DNA from: Candidatus Foliamicus sp.
GTDB lineage: Bacteria > Pseudomonadota > Gammaproteobacteria > Steroidobacterales > Foliamicaceae
Assembly: GCA_965206955.1 (NCBI GenBank)
Contig: OZ242252.1
Coordinates: 1,795,771 to 1,859,770, forward strand
Length of the DNA: 64,000 bases
Reading direction: 5' to 3'
In this document: one piece after another, positions 10,317 to 20,651 of the stretch
How the letters are laid out: each line of letters starts with the position of its first letter
Position numbering within the stretch: position 1 is the first letter of the stretch
The notes under the pieces: model-generated
The model's input: the letters and a program-made list of their open reading frames with translations, nothing else
Told to the model about the DNA's origin: nothing
Database searches by the model: none
Program-made: the position numbers and the translations under genes

Positions 10317-12625
10317 ATGACTCCAGTGCATAGAGCGCGCGCATTTGTCTTTCTGTTCTTGCCGCTGGCCGGCTCCGCGTCGGGCACGCCGCTCGACTGC
10401 GCATACTGGAACACCAGGGGGTTTTTTGAGCGCGCGGACGCCGCTCTGGTGCGTGAATGCCTTGCCGCCGGCTACGATCCCAATCAAACTGCCTATCGGG
10501 GCAGAACTGCCTTCGCTACGGCGGCGGCGGACCTGGCAGATCCCGCGGCATTGCAATCGCTGATCGACGCAGGAGCGGATGTCAATGCCCGGGACCAGGA
10601 CGGCGAAGCTCCCATCCATAGTGCGGCCCGTTTCAATTCCAACCCCGCCGTTATCGCCGTTCTCCTTCGAGCTGGAGCCGACCCGAACGAACGCGACGGG
10701 TCCGGCAGTACTCCACTCCATTTCGCCGCGCGCAATGAAAACCCTTCGATAGCCAGGGCACTCCTGCAGGCCGGCGCCGATCCGAAAGCGCATGAAGACT
10801 ACGGCATAACCCCGTTGCATGAGGCGGCGGAAAACAATATTCCCGAAATGACGCTCATGCTGCTTGCCGCCGGCGCCGATCCGAATGCCCGGGGCCATCT
10901 GGGCCAAACCCCATTGCACGACGCGGCCGAAGATAACCCCGATTCCGATGTGGTCCAGGCTCTCCTCAATGCCGGCGCCGACCCGAACGCACGTGACGAG
11001 AGAGGCGCTACTCCTCTTATGAGGGCAGCAGGCAAGAAGACTCACGAGGTGATTGCAATGTTGCTGGATGCCGGCGCCAACCCGGATATCCGGAACGATG
11101 AAGGCGAGACCGCGTTGCACCATGCGGCGACACAAAACGAATTTGCGGAAGTTTCCGCGACGCTTCTGGAGGCCGGCGCCGATCTGAATGCCCGGGATTC
11201 ACGCCCCTGCACGGTGCGGCCGAAAGCAACAAGAACGTGGCCGTGCTCGCCGTGCTCCTTGAGGCCGGCGCCGATCCGAATTCGCAGAATCCCGACGGAG
11301 ATACCGCCCTGCACGCGGCGGCGCGCGGCGACGGGAATGCTGCCGTAATTGTCGAACTGCTGGATACCGGCGCCGATCTGAGCCTGGTGAACGATCAGGG
11401 CAATACACCCTTGCATGAGGCCGCAAAGGCGGACAACCACTCGGGGGTGCGCACGCTATTGTCTGCAGGCGCCGACCCGAACCTGCGCAACGACACCGGA
11501 AATACGCCCCTGCATTGGGCGGTAAGGGAGCGCGGGGGAAGCTCTGTTACTGCCCTGCTTTTTTTCGGCGCTGATCCGAACAGTGCCGATTTCCAGGGTG
11601 TCAGGCCCTTGCATCTCGCGGCCAGGAACAGAGATTCGCCAGCTTCTGTGCGTGTTCTGCTGGATGCGGGCGCTGAGCTTGAGGCGCGGGACAACTTCGG
11701 TGACACCGCCTTGCACTACGCGATTCCTCGCGGCGAAATCTCCCGACCAGATCTTGCGCTCCTGAAAGCCGGCGCCGACCCGAACGCGCGCAACGATAGC
11801 GGCGCTACTCCATTGCATAGGGCGGTGACCCAGAACAATCTAAAGGTGGCTCGAGCGCTGCTGAATGCGGGCGCTGACCCGAATCTCACGGACACGTCCG
11901 GTGAAACCGCTTTGCACAAGGCCGCAGGAAATGTTCGTGGTGTTGATTCGCTCCTCTCGCCAAATATTCTTGAACTTGAAATGATCGAAACGCTTGTGGA
12001 TGCTGGAGCAGACATTCACGCCCGCGATGACTATGGCGGCACGCCCTTGCATTTGGCGGTGAGGCACAGCAATTGGACTGTGGCTGCTTCATTGCTGAAT
12101 CGCGGCGCCGACGTCAATGCCCGGGACGAATTCGGAGAAACGCCGCTGTTCAGGGCCGCATACGACCAGTACCACTTTGCGCCAGTGCCCGCGGTACCCC
12201 TGGACACCATCGGAAATTTGAAGGAAAGACGTGAAGACGGGCCGTCCGTCCCGCGCAAGGCTGCAGCTCATTTGCATCCTGCCGTAATCGAATTGTTGCT
12301 GGATTCCGGTGCAGATTTCAATGCGTGGCATGGCTGGGCGACGCTGCTTTACCTCGCCGCGGAGAGCAATCCTTATCCGGCCGTTATATCAGTTTTGGTC
12401 AATGCGGGTGCCGACCCGAATGCCCGGGGACATAGGAAATTTACTCCATTACATATGGCGGTGAGGAGCAACCCTAACACTGCCGTTATTACTGCGCTGC
12501 TGGATGCAGGCGCTGATCCCAAAGCGCGGGATCAACTCGGCAAGATTCCCTGGGACTACGCGCAGACTAACGGCTTCATTCAGGGAAGCGATGCCTGGAA
12601 TCGGCTGAAAGCTGCCAGCGAATAA
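10317..12625 (+). pseudogene. Ankyrin-repeat gene split by a frameshift (ORFs 10317-11348 and about 11198-12625)
   Basis: The first ORF has a signal peptide and the CAYWNTRGFFERADAALVREC module. ANK periodicity continues in another frame from about 11198 (FTPLHGAAESNKNVAVLAVLLEAGADPN). At 11196-11210 a repeat is truncated (NARD directly followed by TPLH). Confidence 0.7.
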
Positions 12626-12647
12626 GGGCACTCAGAACAGGTTTGTC

Positions 12648-15600
12648 GTGAATCCCACCAAGTCCAGGCATGACTGCATTGATCGAATCGCCGGCGTTGC
12701 CGTCTTCGCGTTGCTGATCCTTGCGAGTTCCGGCGCCGCTCTCGCCGAAAAAGCGGATTGCCACAAATGGAGCACCCGGGAATTTTTTGCAGAGGCGGAC
12801 GCGACCAAAGTCCGTGAGTGCCTGGCCGCCGGCGCGGACCCCAATGCGCGAGACGAGCGCGGTACTACGCCCCTGCATCACGTGATGGCGACCAGCGAGG
12901 ACCTGGCCGTAGGTCGGGCACTGATTGACGCCGGCGCCGAAATTAGTGCAAGAAATAACGACGGCCACGCGCCGCTGCATTATGCGGCTTCTCGTGCGGC
13001 TGAAACTTCTGCGGTCTCATTCCTCTTAGGTGCCGGCGCCGACCCAAACGCACCTAACGACTCTGGCGATAGGCCCCTGCACTGGGCGGTGCGATTCGAC
13101 AGTGATCTTGCGGTTTCCGCCATACTACTGGATGCCGGGGCGGACCCCAATGCAAGGAATAAATTGGGTGTAACACCCCTGCACGATGCCGTAAGGGGCG
13201 AAAATGCCGCCACCTTGTCCACCACGCTGATTTCCGCGGGTGCCGACCCGAACGCGCGCGATGAATTCGGCGACACGCCATTGCATTGGGCTACGGAAAA
13301 GGAAGAGTCGGGTCTGATCCAGTGGCTGATATCCACCGGCGCTGACCCGAACGCACGGGATCGGTGGGGCATCACCCCCTTGGCAGCGGCGGCTTACTAT
13401 GGAAATCCTGCTGCGACGGTGGCGCTGCTGGATGCCGGCGCTGATCCCGACGCGAAGGACATTCAAGGTGCTACTCCTCTGCATCAGGTTGCGAGGTATA
13501 GCCGGAACCCGGCCGTGATAGCCGCATTACTGGAGGCTGGCGCGGATGCTGCAGTGCGAGATGCGGATGCGTCTACACCCTTGCACAATGCAACGGCCGG
13601 CAATCATGGCGACATGTTCATCATGGGCACCGGCGCTCGCGGCGATCGCTACAGGAAAGACGGCAGGATCATCGATTACTGGGCGGACATCATGCATGCG
13701 ACCAAGCGGCACAGCCTGGATCCCGGCATGCTTGCCAGGCTATTGGACGCGGGCGCGAATCTTGAGGCTCGCGACGAGAATGGCCGTACTCCCCTTATCA
13801 GGGCGGCAGGTTGGAACCGCAATGCCACGGTTATCGTCACGTTGCTCGAAGCCGGCGCCGATCCTGGAGCGCGCGATGACCGGGGCAACGAGCCGCTGCA
13901 TGAAGCGGCGAGATACGGAAGCGAAGCTGTTGTGCTGACTCTGCTTGATGCCGGCGCCGATGCGAATGTCCGAAACGAGGACGGCGAGACCCCACTTCAC
14001 AAGGCGGCGTTCGACAGTGACAATCCGTCTGTTATTCGCGCGCTCGTTGATGCCGGCGCCGACCCGAATTCGCGAGACGATCATGGCGCAACGCCCCTGC
14101 ATGAAGCAATGATTCCTAGCGGGAACGGGGACATTGTTGACGCCCTATTGGGACACGGTGCGAACCCGAACGCTCGAGATAAGCGAGGCCGCACGCCGCT
14201 GCACATAGAGGCATGGGCTAGCGACGAGACTGAGGAGGTAGCCGTGCTGCTGGACGCCGGCGCTGATCCGCACGCGCGCGACGATGAGGGCTCGACGCCG
14301 CTGCATGGAGCCGCGTGGGGAGGACGCAATCTCAAGACCATCGCCAGACTGATAGAAGAGGGCGCAGACCCCAACGCTCAAAACAAGCATCTGACAACGC
14401 CCCTGCACGCGGCGGCAAGCAACAGTATTCCTTCAGTCGTAGCCAAGCTCCTGGAATCCGGCGCCGATCCGAACGCCCGGGACAACCAGGGGGCCGTTCC
14501 TCTGCACAACGCCGCAAAGCGCAACAAGAATCCTGGTGTAATTCCGCTGCTGATTGAAGCCGGCGCCGACCCGAACGCGCGTGATCGGCATGGCGCTACG
14601 CCTTTGGATATTTCTTTGCGTGAAAACGGCAATCCCGCAGTAGCGACAGCCCTGCGTGAAGCCGGCGGAGACCTCAGCGCCAAAGAAGAGAATGGCACTT
14701 TAGCGGGAGACAACAATCAGGGTCAGGTCAGCAACGGAGACTCCGATCAAAGTGGGCAGGCGCAATCAACTCCACCCAAAGGGAAATCAAGTCTGCGCGC
14801 AACGGATGGAGCGGACACCAACCTGGACGCTTTGGCGGCCTGCGCTGACTGGAACACGCCCGAGTTCTTCCTCAGAGCTGAGGTTGTACAGGTTCACGAT
14901 TGTCTGGACTCCGGCGCGGACCCTATGGCGCGTGCCGAGCGCGAAATCACTCCTTTGCATTACGCGGCCTCTGTCAGCGAGGATGCCGGGGTATTCGACG
15001 CGTTGCTGAATGCCGGAGCCGACCTTCACGGACGCAGTCAGTACGGCTACACACCGTTGCATTTCGCGGTATGGGGAAAGGTCCGACCAGTGGCCGTCGC
15101 CGTGCTTCTGGATGCCGGCGCCAATCCCAAGGCCGAGACTGAGTTTGGAGCAACCCCATTGCATTGGGTGGCGCAGACTCACGGTGATGTCGGTATTGCC
15201 TCCGCGCTGCTGGAAGCTGGCGCTGATCCGAACGCGCAAGACCGGGAGGGATCTGCGCCCCTCCATCAGTTGGTCGAGAAAGGCGAGAATCCTGCCTTGG
15301 CAGTTGCGTTAATTGAGGCTGGCGCGGACCCCAACGCCAAAGAACAGACATTTGGGGATACGCCCCTGCATAAAGCGGCAGCGAAGAGCAGCATCGCCAT
15401 GATCAACGCTCTCTTGGATGCCGGCGCGGACCCGAACGCACGCAATGCGAGACGCAAAACACCCATGCATCGCGCCGCGGGCGGGGCCGGCGACCCGGCC
15501 GTGCTGGCCACTCTGATAGCCGCCGGGGCAGTAGTGGGAGTTCGCGACGAGAACGATATGACCCCACTGCACAGTGCGGCATTGGGCAATAGGAACCCGG

Positions 15601-16964
15601 AAGTCGCGGCTGCGCTTATCGACGCCGGTCTTTCCCCTGAAGAACGTGACCACTCGGGCTATACGCCGCTACATCTGGCAGCCGCCTGGAATAGCGCGGC
15701 CGTTACGGCATTTCTGATTGAGGCGGGCGCCGATCCCGATGCGATAGATGATTACGGGCATACCCCCTTGCACTCTTTGGCCGACAACAACTTCGAGCCT
15801 GACATGCTCGCTACGATTGACGTGCTGCACAAAGTGGGCGCCGATCCAAATACACACGAAGAAATATTCGGATCGACGCCGCTTCATGACGCGGTGAGCC
15901 GGGATTCACGTCCAAGAGGGTTACCTCGCGACGCTGATCCCACAACGATTGAAGCGGAGCGAGCGAAGAACGTGGCATTGCGCCTGGCCCTGGTCGGCGC
16001 GCTCCTCGACATCGGTGCCGATCCCGGCGCCCGGGACGATGCAGGCAATATGCCGCTGCACAAGGCCGCCGAGAAAACGAACGATGAAGCGGTGATTTCA
16101 TCGCTGATTGAAGCTGGCGCTGATATTCAAGTGCTCAACAACCAGGACCAGAGGCCACTCGATCTGGCCGCTGGCGGCAGCGGCAACTCTGCCGTTGTCG
16201 CCGCGCTGCTGGAACGCGGCGCCGACGTGAATGCCGTTGGTCCGGCTGGATCAACCCCGCTGCATCACGCTCTTTCGGGCTCTGCGGACCTTGCGAATGT
16301 TCTCGCGCTTCTGGATGCGGGCGCCGATCCGATGGCCAGGGACCGCATCGGCAATACGCCGCTGCATCGCCTGGTACGCGCCAACAGCCCCGATGTGGTC
16401 TCGGCACTTGTGGACCGTGGCGCCGACCCGAACGCGCGCAATCAGCGTGGCTCCACGCCTCTGCACGGAGTAGCCTCATTGAATAACAATGCTTCCGTTG
16501 TCTCCGCCTTGATCGAAGCGGGCGCGGACCCCCATGTGCGCAATGACTTCAAGTCAACACCTCTGCACTCCGCCGCTCCCAACGTGAATTCCGCCGTAAT
16601 CCGTGTGCTCCTGGATGCCGGCGCCGAGCCGAACGCACTTGAGATTTCCGGCGATGCACCCTTGCACAACGCAGCGTCCCACAACCCGGATCCCGCCGTA
16701 ATCAGCGCACTGATTGCCGCCGGCGCCGATCCCAACGTGTGGGGAAGGGAGAACACTGCACCGCTGCACATTGCGGCCCGATGGGGGCGCTATCCAGCTG
16801 TGATTGGCGCACTGCTGGACGGCGGCGCTGATCCGATGGCGCTCGACGGTGAAGGTGAACTTCCCTATGAGAAGGCCCTGGAGAACGAGCGCCTCGAAGG
16901 AACCGAGGCGCTGCAGCGACTGAAATCCGCCACGTACCCAAAGAGCGCCAGCTCAACCCGATAG
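12648..16964 (+). CDS. Giant secreted ankyrin-repeat protein (1438 aa); two fused ANK units; collinear paralogue of 3820-7884
   Basis: GTG start, hydrophobic N-terminus (GVAVFALLILASSGAALA), Cys-motif modules at 12759 and 14841, and ANK repeats throughout. Confidence 0.88.
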   Translation: MNPTKSRHDCIDRIAGVAVFALLILASSGAALAEKADCHKWSTREFFAEADATKVRECLAAGADPNARDERGTTPLHHVMATSEDLAVGRALIDAGAEISARNNDGHAPLHYAASRAAETSAVSFLLGAGADPNAPNDSGDRPLHWAVRFDSDLAVSAILLDAGADPNARNKLGVTPLHDAVRGENAATLSTTLISAGADPNARDEFGDTPLHWATEKEESGLIQWLISTGADPNARDRWGITPLAAAAYYGNPAATVALLDAGADPDAKDIQGATPLHQVARYSRNPAVIAALLEAGADAAVRDADASTPLHNATAGNHGDMFIMGTGARGDRYRKDGRIIDYWADIMHATKRHSLDPGMLARLLDAGANLEARDENGRTPLIRAAGWNRNATVIVTLLEAGADPGARDDRGNEPLHEAARYGSEAVVLTLLDAGADANVRNEDGETPLHKAAFDSDNPSVIRALVDAGADPNSRDDHGATPLHEAMIPSGNGDIVDALLGHGANPNARDKRGRTPLHIEAWASDETEEVAVLLDAGADPHARDDEGSTPLHGAAWGGRNLKTIARLIEEGADPNAQNKHLTTPLHAAASNSIPSVVAKLLESGADPNARDNQGAVPLHNAAKRNKNPGVIPLLIEAGADPNARDRHGATPLDISLRENGNPAVATALREAGGDLSAKEENGTLAGDNNQGQVSNGDSDQSGQAQSTPPKGKSSLRATDGADTNLDALAACADWNTPEFFLRAEVVQVHDCLDSGADPMARAEREITPLHYAASVSEDAGVFDALLNAGADLHGRSQYGYTPLHFAVWGKVRPVAVAVLLDAGANPKAETEFGATPLHWVAQTHGDVGIASALLEAGADPNAQDREGSAPLHQLVEKGENPALAVALIEAGADPNAKEQTFGDTPLHKAAAKSSIAMINALLDAGADPNARNARRKTPMHRAAGGAGDPAVLATLIAAGAVVGVRDENDMTPLHSAALGNRNPEVAAALIDAGLSPEERDHSGYTPLHLAAAWNSAAVTAFLIEAGADPDAIDDYGHTPLHSLADNNFEPDMLATIDVLHKVGADPNTHEEIFGSTPLHDAVSRDSRPRGLPRDADPTTIEAERAKNVALRLALVGALLDIGADPGARDDAGNMPLHKAAEKTNDEAVISSLIEAGADIQVLNNQDQRPLDLAAGGSGNSAVVAALLERGADVNAVGPAGSTPLHHALSGSADLANVLALLDAGADPMARDRIGNTPLHRLVRANSPDVVSALVDRGADPNARNQRGSTPLHGVASLNNNASVVSALIEAGADPHVRNDFKSTPLHSAAPNVNSAVIRVLLDAGAEPNALEISGDAPLHNAASHNPDPAVISALIAAGADPNVWGRENTAPLHIAARWGRYPAVIGALLDGGADPMALDGEGELPYEKALENERLEGTEALQRLKSATYPKSASSTR

Positions 16965-17083
16965 CGCAAATCACGAATTGCCTTCGTGATCCAGGTAAAC
17001 CCGGCAGGAACAAGAAAGCGGTAGATCATCGATGGAATGGCGCCCCACTATTGCACCGAAATGAGGCTTAGAATCACCCCTTC

Positions 17084-19192
17084 ATGACGCAACCAAACTT
17101 GAATCCGCGTTCAGCTCAGAGGCGACCGCCATGGGCGCTTTCTTCTGCCTTGATTCTGCTGTCTTGTGGTAGCGCGCTCGGGTGGGCTGCCGACTGCGAG
17201 CAATGGAACACCCAGGAATTCTTCGAGCAGGCGGACGCGGAGCAAGTGCGTGAGTGCCTGGATTCCGGCGCCGACGCCAGTGCCGCGAACGAGAACGGCG
17301 CCACGCCGCTACATTGGGTGGTGGCCCATAGCTCGGATGCCGCCGTTGTGGACATGCTGATTGCGGCTGGGGCGGACCCGGGCGCGGCTGATCGAGGGCA
17401 CATGACACCCCTTCACTTGTGGGCATCGGCTAACGGTGATCCTGTCGTGGTGTCGTCGCTGATCGAAGCCGGGGCCGATCCGGACGCAGCGAATCGCCTT
17501 GGCGACACCCCACTGCATTGGGCGGTTGCTGGAGACGTCGATCCTGCCGCTATTGTTGGGCTACTTGATGCCGGTGCTGACGTGCATGCATTGGGTTGGC
17601 GGGGCCTCACGCCATTGCAAAGGGCGGCGAGTTCCAGCAGCAACCTTGAGGTTTTCGCAGCCCTGCTCGAGGCGGGCGCCGATGTGAGCGATCAGGGTGC
17701 AGATGGATTGACGCCGCTACATCTGGCGGCGCAGGACATCGATAGCCCTTCGGTATTGGCTTTGTTGATTGAAGCCGGGGGCGATCCGAACGTGAAGGAC
17801 AGGTATGGACGGACACCCCTGCACTTTGCCGCACAGTCAAACAGCAATCCCGCCATCACCGCCGCGCTCATTGCCGCGGGGTCAGATACAGGGGCTCGTA
17901 ATGAAAGCGGCTCCACGCCGCTGCATGCTTCATCGCAGAATGAGAATCCTAAAGTGGCCGTGGAGTTGCTGGCCGCTGGAGCGGATCCGAATACTCGGGA
18001 CGAGCGGGGAAACACCCCCCTTCACTTTGCGGCGCGGGGAAATGTAGAGGCCATTTCAGCATTATTGGATGCCGGCGCTATCGTTGACGCGCGCAACGAA
18101 TTCGGCGATACGCCTCTGCATAACGCCGCAAGCCGGCAACAGCCGGCCGTGGCTGCAGCGCTGCTTGAGGCGGGGGCTGATCCCGATGCGCGCAATGAAC
18201 GCGATGATACGCCGTTGCACCTGGCCTTTCGGCGAGCTGAAGACGCTGCCATTGCTCGAATACTGTTAGATGCCGGTGCTGACCTTCATGCGCGGGATCG
18301 TCAGGGCAGATCGCCCTTGCATGCGGCAGCGATTGGCAGTCAGGTCCCAGCCGTAATCAATTTGCTGCTTGAATTGGGCGCCGAGATTGGTGATCGGGAT
18401 AATAATGGCAGAACACCCTTGCACGCTGCGGCCGCGCGAAATGAGAATACCGACATTCTTGCTGCCCTGCTGGATGCTGGCGCCGATCCCAAGGCGCTGG
18501 ACGAATCCGGCCAGATTCCCGTGCATGCAGCGGCAACGAATAACGGCAATCCGGATGTAGTCGCGATGCTCTTGGATGCCGGCGCCGATCCGGACGTCAG
18601 GACCGCCAGCGGGGAGACGCCCCTGCACCTGGCCAGTCAGAGAAACAGAAATGTTGCCGTCGTCGAGACCTTGCTGGATGCCGGCGCCGATGTGCTGGCT
18701 TCGAATGACTATGGAGAGACACCCCTGCATGCGGCCGTTTACAACAGCCCGTCCGTCGCTTCGTCGCTGATTGCCGCAGGCGCTGACCTGCAGGCCCGCG
18801 ACAATTCGGACGACACGCCTTTACACAGACTTGCCCACGTCCGCGAACCCGCGGCTGCGCCTGTGTTTCTTGCAGCGGATGTTGATCTTGATGCTCGGAA
18901 CCACCACGGCGACACGCCCCTGCATCTGGCGGCATATAACAACCTCCATGTCGCCGTAAAGCTGTTGGACGCCGGCGCCGATCCAAATGTCAGGAACGAC
19001 ACCAATACGACACCCCTTCACCGTGCGGCGAAGAATAGTTCTGAACCGGCCCTGGTTGCCGTGCTGCTTGATGCCGGAGCGGACCCTGCCGCGCAGGACA
19101 ACGAGGGGAATACTCCCTGGGATAGCGCCCAGGGAAACGAGTTCATTCGGGGGACCGACGCCTGGCAGCGGCTCAAGGCCGCAAGTGAATGA
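17084..19192 (+). CDS. Secreted ankyrin-repeat protein (702 aa)
   Basis: ATG start and signal-like WALSSALILLSCGSALGWA, then CEQWNTQEFFEQADAEQVREC. ANK repeats follow. C-terminal cap is GNTPWDSAQGNEFIRGTDAWQRLKAASE. Confidence 0.9.
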   Translation: MTQPNLNPRSAQRRPPWALSSALILLSCGSALGWAADCEQWNTQEFFEQADAEQVRECLDSGADASAANENGATPLHWVVAHSSDAAVVDMLIAAGADPGAADRGHMTPLHLWASANGDPVVVSSLIEAGADPDAANRLGDTPLHWAVAGDVDPAAIVGLLDAGADVHALGWRGLTPLQRAASSSSNLEVFAALLEAGADVSDQGADGLTPLHLAAQDIDSPSVLALLIEAGGDPNVKDRYGRTPLHFAAQSNSNPAITAALIAAGSDTGARNESGSTPLHASSQNENPKVAVELLAAGADPNTRDERGNTPLHFAARGNVEAISALLDAGAIVDARNEFGDTPLHNAASRQQPAVAAALLEAGADPDARNERDDTPLHLAFRRAEDAAIARILLDAGADLHARDRQGRSPLHAAAIGSQVPAVINLLLELGAEIGDRDNNGRTPLHAAAARNENTDILAALLDAGADPKALDESGQIPVHAAATNNGNPDVVAMLLDAGADPDVRTASGETPLHLASQRNRNVAVVETLLDAGADVLASNDYGETPLHAAVYNSPSVASSLIAAGADLQARDNSDDTPLHRLAHVREPAAAPVFLAADVDLDARNHHGDTPLHLAAYNNLHVAVKLLDAGADPNVRNDTNTTPLHRAAKNSSEPALVAVLLDAGADPAAQDNEGNTPWDSAQGNEFIRGTDAWQRLKAASE

Positions 19193-19221
19193 ATGAGCCT
19201 GGTGAGTGCCAGGCGGCCTGC

Positions 19222-19602
19222 TCAATCTGCCAGCCAGCGGAGCAGGGGCAGGATAACGATGGCCAGTGTGGCTGCCGCCAGGAAAGTCATGGAACGCACG
19301 GCGGAACGGAGGTAATCGGCAGCCAGGTCCGTTGCTTCACCCAGCCAGGCGGGTAGTGCGTCCATCACGCTCATATCTATGCCGCCAATGGCGGCGCTGA
19401 TTTCCCACAGGGCCGGTGCGGCGAGAATGGCCGCGATCAGGCCGCAGCCGCCCAAAACCAGCCACCGGATACGTTCCTGCCGGCGGATGCGCTTCATAAC
19501 GCCTCTCACAAACTGGTCGTCTTGCTCCGGAGCCGCAACTGTCGCGGTGAGCAGTTGCGCCAACTCGCGATCCCTTTCCTGTTCGTTGTCAGACCCGTGC
19601 AT
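19222..19602 (-). CDS. Putative anti-sigma factor / membrane protein cotranscribed with the ECF sigma factor
   Basis: 126 aa, overlapping the sigma gene's stop by 14 nt. It has one or two hydrophobic segments (WLVLGGCGLIAAILAAPALW and FLAAATLAIVILPLL). No zinc-binding anti-sigma motif was seen. The call rests on position. Confidence 0.55.
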   Translation of the reverse strand: MHGSDNEQERDRELAQLLTATVAAPEQDDQFVRGVMKRIRRQERIRWLVLGGCGLIAAILAAPALWEISAAIGGIDMSVMDALPAWLGEATDLAADYLRSAVRSMTFLAAATLAIVILPLLRWLAD

Positions 19603-20125
19603 CGAACTGCTCCCGCACCTTTTGGCTGCCGCGGTGGATCAGTGACTTGACCGTACCCAGCGGTAGGCCGGTCAATTCGCTGACCTCGCCATGAGAATAT
19701 CCGTAAGCATAATTCAGGACCACCACTGCCCGCTCACGCTCGGAAAGAACGGCAAGAACCCGCTGTAGCTCAAGGGCTTTGTACGGCCTTTCCGACTCGT
19801 CATTGGATGTGAGTATTTCCTGTTCCGTTGCGTGCCGGTCCATCAAACGCTCGCGTCGGAGCGAAGTGCGCCGTTTTTGCAGGAACTCGCTATACGCAAT
19901 CTTCATGAGCCAAGGGGCGAAGCGAGTCGTGTCCTTAAGGTCTACGATGCGGTTCCAGGCACGAACGAAGGCGTCCTGAGCCAGGTCATCCGCCTCGGCA
20001 TGCTCTCCGCAGAGTTGGCGCAGCCAGCCGCGCACTCGTCCCTGGTGGCGCGCAACGAGTTCCCCGTACGCTTCACGGTCGCCGAACCGAGCGCGCAGCA
20101 CGAGCTGCGGGTCGCTTTCGCGCAC
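19589..20125 (-). CDS. ECF-type RNA polymerase sigma factor (sigma-70 family, group 4)
   Basis: The region 2 sequence (AEADDLAQDAFVRAWNRIVDL...WLMKIAYSEFLQKRR) and region 4 HTH (LSERERAVVVLNYAYGYSHGEVSELTGLPLGTVKSLIHRG) are typical of ECF sigma factors. Confidence 0.9.
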   Translation of the reverse strand: MRESDPQLVLRARFGDREAYGELVARHQGRVRGWLRQLCGEHAEADDLAQDAFVRAWNRIVDLKDTTRFAPWLMKIAYSEFLQKRRTSLRRERLMDRHATEQEILTSNDESERPYKALELQRVLAVLSERERAVVVLNYAYGYSHGEVSELTGLPLGTVKSLIHRGSQKVREQFDARV

Positions 20126-20144
20126 GACGCGCTCCGTAGCGTTC

Positions 20145-20540
20145 CTACTGGTCGTGGCGCGACCGCAATACCCACAAGAGAGTCAGCCCCAATCCGATCA
20201 GCAACGGAATGGACCCGATGCCCATCATGGGTCCGAATGCGTCCTCCTCTCCAATAAGGTAGCCGAATGCGCCAATGCCAAGGCCCACCGCAATAAGGAC
20301 GACGCCGCGGCGCAGGTCCTGGTCCTTCTTGGGTTCGGGTTTCTTGGGTTGGCTGATGGCCTCCAGAGCTTCCATTGGAAGTTCCTGGCCCTTCTCGATT
20401 GCGGCCCGGATGGTAGCTTGCAAGGCCTGGTTTCTTCGATAGCGAAAGTACTGTATGACAGCCACAATGCCGAAGGTTGTGAGCAACGCCGTAATGGGAA
20501 CTAGCCTATCCGCCAACATACCAAATTCATGCACGCCCAT
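20145..20540 (-). CDS. Small integral membrane protein (first gene of the ECF operon)
   Basis: ATG at 20540 is preceded by GGAGA. The protein has three predicted TM segments and a central charged helix. The upstream part of ORF 20145-20876 is antisense to an ANK gene and was rejected. Confidence 0.6.
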   Translation of the reverse strand: MGVHEFGMLADRLVPITALLTTFGIVAVIQYFRYRRNQALQATIRAAIEKGQELPMEALEAISQPKKPEPKKDQDLRRGVVLIAVGLGIGAFGYLIGEEDAFGPMMGIGSIPLLIGLGLTLLWVLRSRHDQ

Positions 20541-20575
20541 AGAAATCTCCAGATTCAATTTGCCTTTACATACTA

Positions 20576-20597
20576 ACGATGCTCTCCAAGCTTCGTT
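20576..20597 (-). promoter_or_regulatory. Possible ECF-type promoter (AAC-N16-CGT on the minus strand) upstream of the sigma operon
   Basis: The minus strand reads AAC-gaagcttggagagcat-CGT, 36-57 nt upstream of the ATG at 20540. It matches only the minimal ECF core spacing, so the call is speculative. Confidence 0.25.
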
Positions 20598-20651
20598 TGG
20601 ATGCATTTGCGTGCGTCTGAAACGCATGTGCAAGCGGACTGAAGGATAAAC

